A DNA stretch of 64,000 nucleotides, taken from the NCBI GenBank assembly GCA_963804645.1, contig CAWDRG010000006.1, forward strand, positions 32,001 through 96,000, read 5' to 3'. The first letter of the stretch is position 1. The number at the start of each line of letters is the position of its first letter. Below the pieces are notes generated by a model. The model did not search any database. It saw only the letters and a list, made by a program, of their open reading frames with translations, and was not told the DNA's origin. Positions 33,583-42,937 of the stretch are shown here, one piece after another. The translations under genes and the position numbers were made by a program. This DNA comes from an uncultured Bacillota bacterium (GTDB taxonomy: Bacteria > Sysuimicrobiota > Sysuimicrobiia > Sysuimicrobiales > Segetimicrobiaceae).

Positions 33583-34371
33583 ATGGAAGCCTACACGCGT
33601 GACGGCATCGCGGACCGGCTCGGCACGCGCGTGGTCGGCCGCCACGTGCGGTGGCACGATGTGCTGCCGTCGACGAACGAGCTGGCGATGCGCCTGGCCG
33701 AGATTCACGTGCCCGAGGGCACGGTCGTCGTCGCGGAGGAGCAGACCGCGGGGCGGGGCCGCCGCGGCCGCACGTGGGTGTCCCCGCGCGGGGGCATCTG
33801 GCTGTCCGTGATCCTCCGCCCACGCCTGCCGCTGGCCCAGCTCCCGCTCGTCGGCCTCGCGGTCGCGGTCGCCGCGGCGCGGGCGATTCGGGTCACTACG
33901 CGTCTCGCGGCCCGGGTGAAGTGGCCGAACGATGTCCTCGTCGACGGCGCCAAGGTCGCCGGCGTGCTGACCGAGGCCGGGCCCGACGGGGAGTGGATCG
34001 TCGTGGGGGTGGGCATCAACGCGAACGTGGAGCCCTCCGAGCTGCCCCACGATCTTCCGCAGCCGGCGCTGTCGCTGGCCGGCCGGTTGGGGGCGCCGGT
34101 GGACCGCGGCGAGCTCACGCGCCTCCTGCTGCGCGAGATCGACCATGCGTACGGGCAGCTCCAGGAGGCCGCGGGCGCCGCGCACGTCGTGCGGTCGTGG
34201 CGGGAGATGGCGGACACCCTCGGCCGCCCGGTGCGCGTGGAAGGCCAGGGCCGCGCGCTCGACGGGATCGCGGTGGACGTGGACGATCTGGGCGCGCTGC
34301 TGGTGCGAACCGCGGACGGCGCGGTCGAGCGCGTGGTGGCCGGCGAGGTGACGCTGCGGGGGCTCGAATGA
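33583..34371 (+). CDS. birA: Biotin--acetyl-CoA-carboxylase ligase
   Basis: STN, QTAGRGRRGRTW, KWPNDV, KVAGVL, GVGIN. Confidence 0.95.
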   Translation: MEAYTRDGIADRLGTRVVGRHVRWHDVLPSTNELAMRLAEIHVPEGTVVVAEEQTAGRGRRGRTWVSPRGGIWLSVILRPRLPLAQLPLVGLAVAVAAARAIRVTTRLAARVKWPNDVLVDGAKVAGVLTEAGPDGEWIVVGVGINANVEPSELPHDLPQPALSLAGRLGAPVDRGELTRLLLREIDHAYGQLQEAAGAAHVVRSWREMADTLGRPVRVEGQGRALDGIAVDVDDLGALLVRTADGAVERVVAGEVTLRGLE

Positions 34372-35360
34372 GGCCGTTCCCCGCGGGGCGCCTCACGGAC
34401 GTCCCCGGGCTCTCGGTGGGGCACGCGACCGATCTCGAGCACCTGACCGGGTGCACGGTCGTCCTCTGCGAGCGCGGGGCGGTGTGCGGCGCGGCGTCCC
34501 TCGGCGGCGCGCCGGGGACCCGTGAGACGGATCTGCTGCGGCCCGAGAACGTCGTTGATCGCGTCCACGCGATCGTGCTGGCCGGCGGCAGCGCGTTCGG
34601 GCTGGCGGCCGCCGATGGCGTGATGCGCTGGCTTGCGGGTCGCGGGGTGGGATTCGAGACGGCGGCCGCGCGCGTACCGATCGTGCCCGCCGCGGTCCTC
34701 TACGATCTCGGGATCGGCGGCGCTGCGGCGAGACCGGACGCCGCGATGGGCGAGCGGGCGTGCCGGGACGCCTCGGCCGGAGACGTGATGGAAGGGTGCG
34801 TCGGCGCCGGGACGGGTGCCACCGTCGGCAAGGTCTTCGGGCTCGCGGGGGCCATGAAGTCGGGGATCGGCACGTGCAGCGTGTCGGTCGCGGGCGGCGC
34901 GATCGTCGGGGCGCTGGTCGTGACCAACGCGTTCGGAGATGTGGTGGATCCCGCGACCGGCGCGATCGTCGCCGGGGCGCGCGATCCCGCGACGGGGACG
35001 ATGCCCGGCACGTCGGTGCGTTTGCGGAGCGCCGGCCGAGGCGCCGGGGCGGGACTCGGACCGGACCGGGCGCAGCACACCACCCTCGGCGTCGTCGCGA
35101 CCGACGCCGCGCTCACGGTGGCGGAGGCGACGCGGCTCGCGCTCGCCGCGCACACCGGGCTCGCCCGCGCGGTCCGCCCGTCGCACACGTCCGTCGACGG
35201 CGACACGATGTTCGCGCTCAGCACGGGCTCGTCCAGGGCCGACCTGCTCGTCCTGGAGGCGGCCGCCGCGGACGCCGTGGCCGAGGCGATCCTGCGCTCG
35301 GTGCGCGCGGCGCGCACGCTCGGGGGCGTGCCCGGGCTCGCGGGGGAGGGGTCGGGATGA
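34368..35360 (+). CDS. P1/S58 family peptidase (DmpA-like)
   Basis: LTDVPGLSVGHA, GGAPGTRETD, GGSAFGL, TTLGVVATDA, DGDTMFALS. Confidence 0.9.
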   Translation: MRPFPAGRLTDVPGLSVGHATDLEHLTGCTVVLCERGAVCGAASLGGAPGTRETDLLRPENVVDRVHAIVLAGGSAFGLAAADGVMRWLAGRGVGFETAAARVPIVPAAVLYDLGIGGAAARPDAAMGERACRDASAGDVMEGCVGAGTGATVGKVFGLAGAMKSGIGTCSVSVAGGAIVGALVVTNAFGDVVDPATGAIVAGARDPATGTMPGTSVRLRSAGRGAGAGLGPDRAQHTTLGVVATDAALTVAEATRLALAAHTGLARAVRPSHTSVDGDTMFALSTGSSRADLLVLEAAAADAVAEAILRSVRAARTLGGVPGLAGEGSG

Positions 35361-35659
35361 TCGTAGAGATCGCGATGCTGTCGGTGCGCCGTGGGGAGGA
35401 GGAGGCATTCGAAGCCGCCTTCGCCGAGGCGGCGCCGATCATCGCGTCGATGGCGGGGTACCTCGGACACGAGCTGCTCCGCTGCGTCGAGGCGCCGCAC
35501 CGGTACGCACTGCTCGTCCGGTGGCGGACCCTCGAGGACCACACGGTCGGGTTTCGCCAAGCCCCGGCGTACCAGGAGTGGCGGCGGCGGCTGCACCACT
35601 TCTACGAGCCGGCGCCGGTCGTCGAGCACTTCGCTCCGGTCTCGCCGACGCCGCGGTAA
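35357..35659 (+). CDS. Antibiotic biosynthesis monooxygenase (ABM) family protein
   Basis: EAFEAAF, YALLVRWRTLEDHTVGFR, LHHFYEP. Confidence 0.88.
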   Translation: MIVEIAMLSVRRGEEEAFEAAFAEAAPIIASMAGYLGHELLRCVEAPHRYALLVRWRTLEDHTVGFRQAPAYQEWRRRLHHFYEPAPVVEHFAPVSPTPR

Positions 35660-35824
35660 GGCGGCGGCCCGGTGTGCGGGCCCTGGCAAGCCATAAGTAA
35701 GTGTTACCAGGCCGGTCTTCCCCAATTGGCAGGAGCCCAGGGTCAAAAACGGAAATCCTGGCTTGCATGACTATCCTCCACTGTCTTGCAAATGAACTGT
35801 ATCTGGAACTTCTAGGATGAGAAC

Positions 35825-36244
35825 ATGAAAAAGTCGGGCGCGAACCAAGGCCAGTCGGCATCGGAGCTCATCTCGAAAAGAATCGCCGAACTCGGGGACT
35901 GGCGCGGGGAAACCCTCAGCAGAATGCGCAAGCGCATCAAGGAGGCAGACCCGGACGTTGTCGAGGAGTGGAAGTGGATGGGCACTCCGATTTGGTCGCA
36001 CGACGGCATCATCTGCACTGGCGAATCCTACAAGAATGTCGTGAAGCTTACCTTCTCCAAGGGCGCGTCTCTGAAAGATCCGTCCCGTCTCTTCAACTCG
36101 AGTCTCGACGGAAACGCACGCCGCGCGATCGACATCCACGAAGGAGAAGACGTTGACGAGTCCGCCTTCAAGGCGCTCGTTCGCCAAGCGGTCGCCCTCA
36201 ACAGTTCTGGCAAGTCGAAACCTTCGAAGAAAGCGAAGTCGTAA
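35825..36244 (+). CDS. DUF1801 (YdhG-like) protein, cargo of element C
   Basis: [41 protein letters not shown]. Confidence 0.85.
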   Translation: MKKSGANQGQSASELISKRIAELGDWRGETLSRMRKRIKEADPDVVEEWKWMGTPIWSHDGIICTGESYKNVVKLTFSKGASLKDPSRLFNSSLDGNARRAIDIHEGEDVDESAFKALVRQAVALNSSGKSKPSKKAKS

Positions 36245-36359
36245 GGGATTCCGCCCCTGAACAGGTCCGACATCGGGGTGGCGGAGGTGTCGTTCCGCCC
36301 GAGCGTACCCAGGTTGAAGATGGCCCCGACGGTCGCAAGGAGCGAATAGTGGGAATACC

Positions 36360-36803
36360 GGTTGAGGAGCGTCCCGGGTTTGGTGCGGCCGTAGAGGCGG
36401 CGGTTGAGATGCCGTTTCTTCTGGCCCAACCGGCGATCGATGGTGCGGGCACTGATGGTGCGGCGGGCCCGTTCCACATGCAGCGGGATGGTGAACCGCC
36501 GCTTCGCCCAGGGGAACCACAGCGGCAGCAGGGCCTTGAGCCGTATCGACCACGGATACCCGGCCGCCTCCCAAATGTGCATGAGGAGCGTCGGGGTCCG
36601 GGGCCCATAGGGCGAGGGGCGCCCCGACCGCCGGCGTGGCGGAGTGGTGCGGGGTGGCCGGGCGAACGCCCGAATGGCAGCCTTGCGATGATACTGCAGG
36701 GTGGCACAGGCATCGGTGCGCAATTGCGACTTCACCGCACGAGACGCGTGCACGTACCGATGCTGCATCGCCTGAAGGTCCTCGCGCTAGCCTTGGGGGT
36801 CAC
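36360..36803 (-). pseudogene. Truncated, frameshifted family 2 transposase (N-terminal part only)
   Basis: [20 protein letters not shown] and [13 protein letters not shown] match elements A and B; catalytic domain missing. Confidence 0.88.
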
Positions 36804-36905
36804 CGGGGTCTCCTGAGTCGCAAGATAGGGGCGTCGCTGGGTAACACAAATTTTGGCGCGACGATCCAATCCCCGGTAACGCTTTACCTGGCTTGATACG
36901 CGGGC

Positions 36906-36934
36906 TTGCCCCGGGCGGACGGGCCTGCTACGCT
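36906..36934 (+). promoter_or_regulatory. Putative coaX promoter
   Basis: TTGCCC, 17 bp, TACGCT with TG extension (TGcTACGCT). Confidence 0.55.
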
Positions 36935-37056
36935 ACGGATGGCCGATATCCCGCGCGGAATCGGACCGGCCGCTCCGGCTCGTCGCCTCCGCTCCCTGAT
37001 CCCCGAGCGAGACCGTCCGGTCCTGGCGGGCACCCTTGGAACGGAGGCGTCCTCCG

Positions 37057-37872
37057 ATGCTCCTCGCCGTCGACGTCGGCAACACGCTGATCAAGCTCGC
37101 CCTGTACCGCGGGGAGACGCGCGTGGCGCATTGGTCGATGGCCACCGATCGCGGGCGCACCGCCGACGAATACGCGATGCTCTGGCGGCAGTTCCTCGAG
37201 TTCGGCGGCTACCGGTTCGCGGACGTCTCCGCGGTCGCCGTCGCATGCGTCGTGCCCCAGCTCGCGGAGACGCTGCGGCGGCTGTGCCGCGACTACCTGG
37301 GCCAGACGCCGCTTGAAGTCGGGCCCGGAATCCGCACCGGGATGCGCATTCTGTACGACAACCCACGGGAAGTCGGCGCCGACCGCATCGCCAACGCGGT
37401 CGCGGCGTACGCCCGCTACGGCGGGCCCGTGATCGTCGTGGCGCTCGGCACCGCGACGGTCTTCACCGTCGTCTCGAAGGACGGGGAGTTCCTGGGGGGT
37501 GCCATCGCGCCGGGCATCGGGATCTCGGTCGAGGCGCTCGTGCAGCACGCCGCGCAGCTGCGCAAGGTCGAGCTCGTCCGTCCGAGCCAGGTGATCGCCC
37601 GCAACACGGTGGCCGCGATGCAGTCCGGCGTGCTGTACGGCGTCATCGGGCAGATCGAAGGCATCATCGCGCGGATGCGCGCGGAGCTGGGCGCGCCGGC
37701 GGCGGTGGTGGCGACGGGGGGCTACGCGGAGCTGGTCGGTGCGGCGTGCCGCTGCGTCGACCACGTGGACCCGCTCCTGTCGCTCGAGGGGCTGCGCCTC
37801 CTCCACGATCGTAACAGCGTGGCGCCGGGCGCAGGAGAGGCCCGCACGGAGGTCCAAGACACGGCGAGATGA
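37057..37872 (+). CDS. coaX: Type III pantothenate kinase
   Basis: LLAVDVGNT, EVGADRIAN, GGAIAPG, VVATGG; GGAGG RBS. Confidence 0.95.
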   Translation: MLLAVDVGNTLIKLALYRGETRVAHWSMATDRGRTADEYAMLWRQFLEFGGYRFADVSAVAVACVVPQLAETLRRLCRDYLGQTPLEVGPGIRTGMRILYDNPREVGADRIANAVAAYARYGGPVIVVALGTATVFTVVSKDGEFLGGAIAPGIGISVEALVQHAAQLRKVELVRPSQVIARNTVAAMQSGVLYGVIGQIEGIIARMRAELGAPAAVVATGGYAELVGAACRCVDHVDPLLSLEGLRLLHDRNSVAPGAGEARTEVQDTAR

Positions 37873-38786
37873 AGCGCGTCGTCAGCGTCAGCCTGGGCAG
37901 CAGCACGCGCGACAAGCGCGTCGAGACGGAGATCCTCGGGGAGCCGTTCGTGATCGAGCGGATCGGCACCGACGGGGACATGGGCCGGTTCCGCGACCTC
38001 GTCGAGGAGCTGGACGGGCACGTCGACGCGATCGGGATGGGCGGCATCGACCTGTATCTGCGGGCCGGAAACCGCCGCTATCAGATCCGGGATGCCGCGC
38101 GCCTGGTCGCGGGCGTCCACCGGACCCCGGTCGTGGACGGCGGCGGGATCAAGGGGTCGTGGGAGAAGTACCTGATCGAGACCTACCTGCCCCGGGAGGC
38201 CGGCGTATCGTTCCGGGGGCGCAAGGTGCTGCTGGTCAGCAGCGTGGACCGGTACGGCATGGCCGAGGCGTTCACGCAGGCCGGCGCCGAGACGGTGTTC
38301 GGGGACTTCTACTTCGCGCTCGGGCTCCCGATCCCGATGCGCCGGCTCGGGACCGTGCGCCTGCTCGCCGCGTGCATGCTGCCGGTGCTGACCAAGCTGC
38401 CGTTCCAGATGCTGTATCCGACCGGCTCGAAGCAGGAGCGCACCACCCCGAAGTACACGCACCTGTTCCGGTGGGCGGACGTGATCGCCGGGGACTTTCA
38501 CTTTATCCGGCGCTACATGCCGGACGACCTGCGGGGGAAGACGATCTTCACGCAGACGATCACGGAGGAGGACCGCAACGCGCTCGCGCGGCGCGGCGCG
38601 GCCATGCTGATCACCGCCGCGCCCGACATGGACGGCCGCTCGTTCGCGACGAACGTGCTCGAGGGGATCGTGGTGGCGCTCTCGGGGCGGACGAGCGACA
38701 CGCTCACCCCGGACGAGATCGTCCAGTGGCTGCTGCGCGCGGGGTTCCGGCCGCGCGTGGAGCGCCTCGCGGAGCCGGCCTCGTGA
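37869..38786 (+). CDS. Conserved protein of uncertain function
   Basis: MKRVVSVSLGSSTRD, AIGMGGIDLY, GRSFATNVLEG; coupled to both neighbours. Confidence 0.7.
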   Translation: MKRVVSVSLGSSTRDKRVETEILGEPFVIERIGTDGDMGRFRDLVEELDGHVDAIGMGGIDLYLRAGNRRYQIRDAARLVAGVHRTPVVDGGGIKGSWEKYLIETYLPREAGVSFRGRKVLLVSSVDRYGMAEAFTQAGAETVFGDFYFALGLPIPMRRLGTVRLLAACMLPVLTKLPFQMLYPTGSKQERTTPKYTHLFRWADVIAGDFHFIRRYMPDDLRGKTIFTQTITEEDRNALARRGAAMLITAAPDMDGRSFATNVLEGIVVALSGRTSDTLTPDEIVQWLLRAGFRPRVERLAEPAS

Positions 38787-39919
38787 GCGACGCGATCGGG
38801 CGGTTCGCGATCATCATCCACCCGCAGTCCGTCAGCGACTACACCAAGAAGTTTCCGTTCACGCGGCTCCTGCCGGCCGCGTTCGTCGAGCGCGCGTTCA
38901 CGATGGTCCCGCCGTTCGAGGCGTCGCACATCACCGGCATCGTGTCGGCGACCGGCGCCCGAGCCGAGGGGTGGTTCGTCGGACTGCCGTGGACGCCGCG
39001 CGTGTTGCTGGCGATGCCGCCCCAGGCGACGACCCGCCGCCTCGTGCAGGCCGGGCGGATCGCGGAGCGCCTCGGCGCGGGGATCGTCGGGTTGGCCGCG
39101 TTCACCAAGGTCGTGGGCGACCGGGGCGTCTCGGTCGCGCGGGAGCTCACGATCGGCGTGACCACGGGCAACAGCCTGACGGCGGCCACCGCGGTTGAGG
39201 GCGCCGCGCTCGCGGCGTCCCGGATGGGCGTGCCGATCGGCGCCGCACGGGTCGCCGTGGTCGGCGCCACGGGCTCGATCGGCGCCGCGTGCAGCCAGAT
39301 GCTCGCGCGGCAGGCCGGCGAACTCGTCCTGGTGGCGCGGAACCGCGAGCGCCTGGAGCGGCTCGCCGAGCGGCTCCGCGCCACCGCGGTCGGGCCCGTC
39401 TCGGTCACCTCCGACCTGCGCGCGGCGGTGAGGTCGGCCGACGTCGTGATCACCGTTAGCTCGGCGATCGACGTGCTGATCGAGCCGGAGGATCTGCGGC
39501 CCGGCACCGTCGTGTGCGACGTCGCGCGTCCGCGCAACGTCTCGCGCCTCGTCTACGAGCGGCGCCGGGACGTGCTCGTGATCGACGGCGGCGTGATCGA
39601 CGTGCCGGGCCCCGTCCAGTTCGGCTTGGACTTCGGGTTTCCGCCGGGGTCGTGCGAGGCGTGCATGGCCGAGACGATCCTGCTCGCGCTCGAGCACCGC
39701 TACGACGACTACACGGTCGGCGCGGACGTCGACCTCGCGAAAGTCGAGGAGATCCACGGGCTGATGCGCACGCACGGGTTTCGCCTCTCGGGGTTGCGCC
39801 GGTTCGAGCGGCGCATCTCCGACGACGAGGTCGAGGAGATTCGGCGCGCGGCGCGCGGCGCGCCGGCGCCGCCCGCGCGCGCCGCCGCGGTGCCACAGGA
39901 GTTTCGGAACCCGGGATAG
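38783..39919 (+). CDS. Rossmann-fold oxidoreductase (COG5322 / acyl-ACP reductase-like); last codons supplied by an IS
   Basis: TTGNSLT, VAVVGATGSIG, CDVARPRN, ACMAETILLALE. Confidence 0.8.
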   Translation: MSDAIGRFAIIIHPQSVSDYTKKFPFTRLLPAAFVERAFTMVPPFEASHITGIVSATGARAEGWFVGLPWTPRVLLAMPPQATTRRLVQAGRIAERLGAGIVGLAAFTKVVGDRGVSVARELTIGVTTGNSLTAATAVEGAALAASRMGVPIGAARVAVVGATGSIGAACSQMLARQAGELVLVARNRERLERLAERLRATAVGPVSVTSDLRAAVRSADVVITVSSAIDVLIEPEDLRPGTVVCDVARPRNVSRLVYERRRDVLVIDGGVIDVPGPVQFGLDFGFPPGSCEACMAETILLALEHRYDDYTVGADVDLAKVEEIHGLMRTHGFRLSGLRRFERRISDDEVEEIRRAARGAPAPPARAAAVPQEFRNPG

Positions 39920-40061
39920 CTGATCCACCGGGTCGCCCATAAAGAGGCCGATAAGGCGGCCGCTGCCAGCATCGTGGCAGGGGCCTCTATTTTCGCATTC
40001 GAACGGAGTACTTGCATTCACGAGTATCTTATGCTACTAATTACCATAGGATGAGGCGTCG

Positions 40062-40451
40062 ATGACAAAACCGACCCCGAAGTTGCGCGTGGACTTCACG
40101 GCGCCGCGCGGCCCGGTGGCGGCGCGGCTGCGGCAGCAGCAGCATGAGCTGTTGCGACGGTTTCGGTTGCCGGCGGAGTTGCTGGAGCAGTTGCCGGGAT
40201 CGTTGTCGTTGACTCATTTGCGGTGTGGGAAACCGACGTGCCACTGTGCGCGCGGTGAAGGACATCCGGCGTGGCATCTGACGTACACCGTCGGGGGGCG
40301 GAAACAGGTGCTGCACATTCCGACCGCGCTGGCGGAGGAGATCGGGCACCGGGTGGAGGCGGGGCATGCGGTGCAGGATGCGGTCCGCGACGTGCTGGCC
40401 GCTAACGCGCAGTTGTTGAAGTTGGCGCGTCAGCAGCAGCGGCGGCGATGA
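40062..40451 (+). CDS. IS accessory protein with CGKxxCHC motif (DUF6788-like)
   Basis: LPGSLSLTHLRCGKPTCHCARGEGHPAW; homolog of 8986-9375. Confidence 0.78.
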   Translation: MTKPTPKLRVDFTAPRGPVAARLRQQQHELLRRFRLPAELLEQLPGSLSLTHLRCGKPTCHCARGEGHPAWHLTYTVGGRKQVLHIPTALAEEIGHRVEAGHAVQDAVRDVLAANAQLLKLARQQQRRR

Positions 40452-41647
40452 GAGGGCCGACCCCGCGGCGTCTGTGGAAGTACGTCGTGCAGCGCTTACG
40501 CTTGGCCACCTACTTCGCGGCGCCTGGGGATGAGCGGCCCGCGCCGCAAATTCCGGCGCGGGCGATCTTGTGGGGGCTGGTGATCGGGCACATTCTGCGG
40601 GAAGACGCGTTTGCGGGGGTGGATGCCCTGGTCCGGGGCGCGGCCCGGGCGCTGGGCGTGGGCCGGCGGTTCAGTCACGATACGCTGGCATATGTGACCG
40701 CGCGGTTGGATCCGGGGCCGACGCGCGCGGCGTTGAGCGCGGTGGCACGCCGCGCGAAGCGGAATAAAGCCTTGGTGGGCAGTGGGTGGATTGGCCTCGC
40801 GGTGGATGGCACCGCGACCACCTGTCTCAGCAAGCCGGGGACCGACTGTCCGTACTGTCGACCGTTGCGCAAAGAGGATGGCACCCTGCTAGGGTATCGG
40901 CATGAGATGGCCGTGCTGAGCATCGTGAATGCGGGCGTGACGTTGCCGTGTGACCTGGAGCTCTACGGGCCGGGCGACAGTGAGTCGGCGGCGGGGCAGC
41001 GCGTGCTGCGGCGCGGGGTGGCGGCGTTGGGGCCGCGGTTCGCCGACTATGTCGTGGGCGACAGCAAATTCGCGACGGCACCCTTCCTGCATACGGCGGG
41101 GGACGTCGGCCTGCGGGTGGTGGCGCGCTTAAAGGACAATCTCCCGGAGCTCCATGCCGCGGCGCAGGCGCGGTTTGTGGGCCGCATGCCGACCGCGACG
41201 TTCACAGACGGTCGCGATCAGCTGGAGGTGTGGGATGCGAGCGATTTCGATCCGTGGGTGGGGCTGCGGTGGAAGACGGTACGCGTCCTGAAGTATCGGC
41301 AGACCAAGCCGAACGGCAAGATCATCGAAGCGTTCTGGTTGACCGATTGGCCGGTGAGTCTGGTGTCCAGTCACGCCTTGTACCGCATGGCCAAGAGCCG
41401 GTGGGAGATCGAGAATCAGATCTTCAATGTGGCGAAAACGTACCACGGATTGGAGCACGTCTGCCACCATCAAGGCACGAGCCTTGTGGCGAGTTGGCTC
41501 ATTACGCTGCTGGCGATCGCCATCGAAACGCTCTACCGTCTCCGCTTCTTGCATCGCGGCTCGCATCCCGTGCTCGCGGCGATCGACCTCTGCCGGCGCC
41601 TGCGGATGCAGCTCGCGTGCCGTCCCGCTAGCGCGGCCCCCGGCTAA
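40448..41647 (+). CDS. DDE transposase (IS4/ISAs1-like)
   Basis: LAVDG, VGDSKF, KSRWEIENQIFN; ATGA coupling to the accessory ORF. Confidence 0.87.
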   Translation: MRGPTPRRLWKYVVQRLRLATYFAAPGDERPAPQIPARAILWGLVIGHILREDAFAGVDALVRGAARALGVGRRFSHDTLAYVTARLDPGPTRAALSAVARRAKRNKALVGSGWIGLAVDGTATTCLSKPGTDCPYCRPLRKEDGTLLGYRHEMAVLSIVNAGVTLPCDLELYGPGDSESAAGQRVLRRGVAALGPRFADYVVGDSKFATAPFLHTAGDVGLRVVARLKDNLPELHAAAQARFVGRMPTATFTDGRDQLEVWDASDFDPWVGLRWKTVRVLKYRQTKPNGKIIEAFWLTDWPVSLVSSHALYRMAKSRWEIENQIFNVAKTYHGLEHVCHHQGTSLVASWLITLLAIAIETLYRLRFLHRGSHPVLAAIDLCRRLRMQLACRPASAAPG

Positions 41648-41853
41648 CCCCCAGGCAGCGTGTCGAGGACGCGACCTCTGGCTTGCGGCCTCTCGAAGCC
41701 GCCGGCCTCGTCTCCCTCCACCCCCCAACAGCCCTTGCGTCGATGCCGGTCGGATTGATTCGGGACGCAAACACGCGCTCGGGCCTCTATTTTCGCCTCT
41801 CTTGCGTCCCCCCCAACGCAGGTTGCGAAATTGCTGGCGGTGCCAGAGCGCCT

Positions 41854-41882
41854 TTGACAACCGTGGACCTCTCTTGTATACT
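41854..41882 (+). promoter_or_regulatory. greA sigma70-type promoter
   Basis: TTGACA (41854-41859), 17 bp, TATACT (41877-41882). Confidence 0.85.
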
Positions 41883-41969
41883 ACCTGAGAGTTCGAGGCT
41901 GAGGGCGGCTCCTCAGTCTCGTCTCCTGTTTCTATCGACATTTTCAATCCCCCAGGTGAGTTGACCGGT

Positions 41970-42443
41970 ATGGACGAGAAGGAAACGTTCCTGACGCCCG
42001 AAGGCCTGCGCAAGCTCGAAGAGGAACTGGACCACCTCAAGGCGGTCAAGCGGAAGGAAGTCGCCGAGCGCATCAAGCAGGCGAAAGACTTCGGCGACCT
42101 GTCGGAGAACTCGGAGTACGAGGATGCCAAGAATGAGCAGGCGTTTGTCGAGGGGCGGATTCTGACCCTCGAGGCGATGCTGCGCAGCGTGCGGGTGATC
42201 GACAACCACGACGCCCGCTCGGACGTCGTGACGATCGGCAGCACGGTCCGGGTGACCGACGAGACCGGCGAGGATGTCACCTACACGATCGTCGGGTCGG
42301 CCGAGGCGGACCCGGTCAACGACAAGATCAGCAACGAGTCTCCGGTCGGCCGGGCGCTGCTCGGCAAACGGAAGGGACAGGCCGTCACCGTGCAGGTGCC
42401 GGCGGGCACCATCCGGTACACCGTCAAGGCGATTAAGCGGTAG
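41970..42443 (+). CDS. greA: Transcription elongation factor GreA
   Basis: [27 protein letters not shown]. Confidence 0.97.
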   Translation: MDEKETFLTPEGLRKLEEELDHLKAVKRKEVAERIKQAKDFGDLSENSEYEDAKNEQAFVEGRILTLEAMLRSVRVIDNHDARSDVVTIGSTVRVTDETGEDVTYTIVGSAEADPVNDKISNESPVGRALLGKRKGQAVTVQVPAGTIRYTVKAIKR

Positions 42444-42523
42444 CCGCCCGCCGCGGCGGGGTCCCCGCCGCCGGCCCCCCCGCGCCGCCCGGTGAGACGA
42501 CCCGGCGCCCCGGACGTTTCCTT

Positions 42524-42547
42524 TTATAGTACCGCTTATAGTACCGC
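42524..42547. repeat. 12-bp tandem direct repeat TTATAGTACCGC x2
   Basis: Exact duplication in the greA-clpC spacer. Confidence 0.8.
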
Positions 42548-42937
42548 TGCACGCACCTCGTGACCGTCCCGTTGACGCACCCCGCCGCGCATGCCGCGGC
42601 ATCCACACCCCAGGGGCCGCCCAGCCCGAGGCGCGGGCGTGTGCGCGGCGGCGCCGCGTTCGGAGGCCGGGTTCCGCCCGGCAACGGCAGGAGTCTTGGG
42701 ACCCGCGAAGAAAGAGCGTGGGGCGGTCATCGTGGGGTGCCGCGGGAATGTGCCGCGGACGCTGAGCGTAACTCTAGTCGGGAACATGTTTCTCTGCCGG
42801 GCTCCGAGAGCCGGAACGAAGGGCTCCGGGCGAGCGAACGCGATCACAGCAGGATTCGTACCAACAGGTAGCGGCTGCAGATGCGGTAGCTGGGTTCGTG
42901 GCGCAGGTGCCCTGGCAGAGAGGAGGTTACTCTCGAG

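Larger units (their letters stand above)
35682..36900 (-). mobile_element. Family 2 element C, internally deleted and carrying cargo
   Basis: Ends CCTGGCAAGCCA...GTTACC and (rc) CGTATCAAGCCA...GTTACC match the A/B end motif; 5-bp direct repeat CGGGC at 35677-35681 and 36901-36905. Confidence 0.8.
39896..41836 (+). mobile_element. Two-gene insertion sequence, family 1 copy 2
   Basis: IRs CAGGAGTTTCGGAACC vs CAGCAATTTCGCAACC (13/16); 9-bp direct repeat GCGGTGCCA at 39887-39895 and 41837-41845. Confidence 0.9.
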
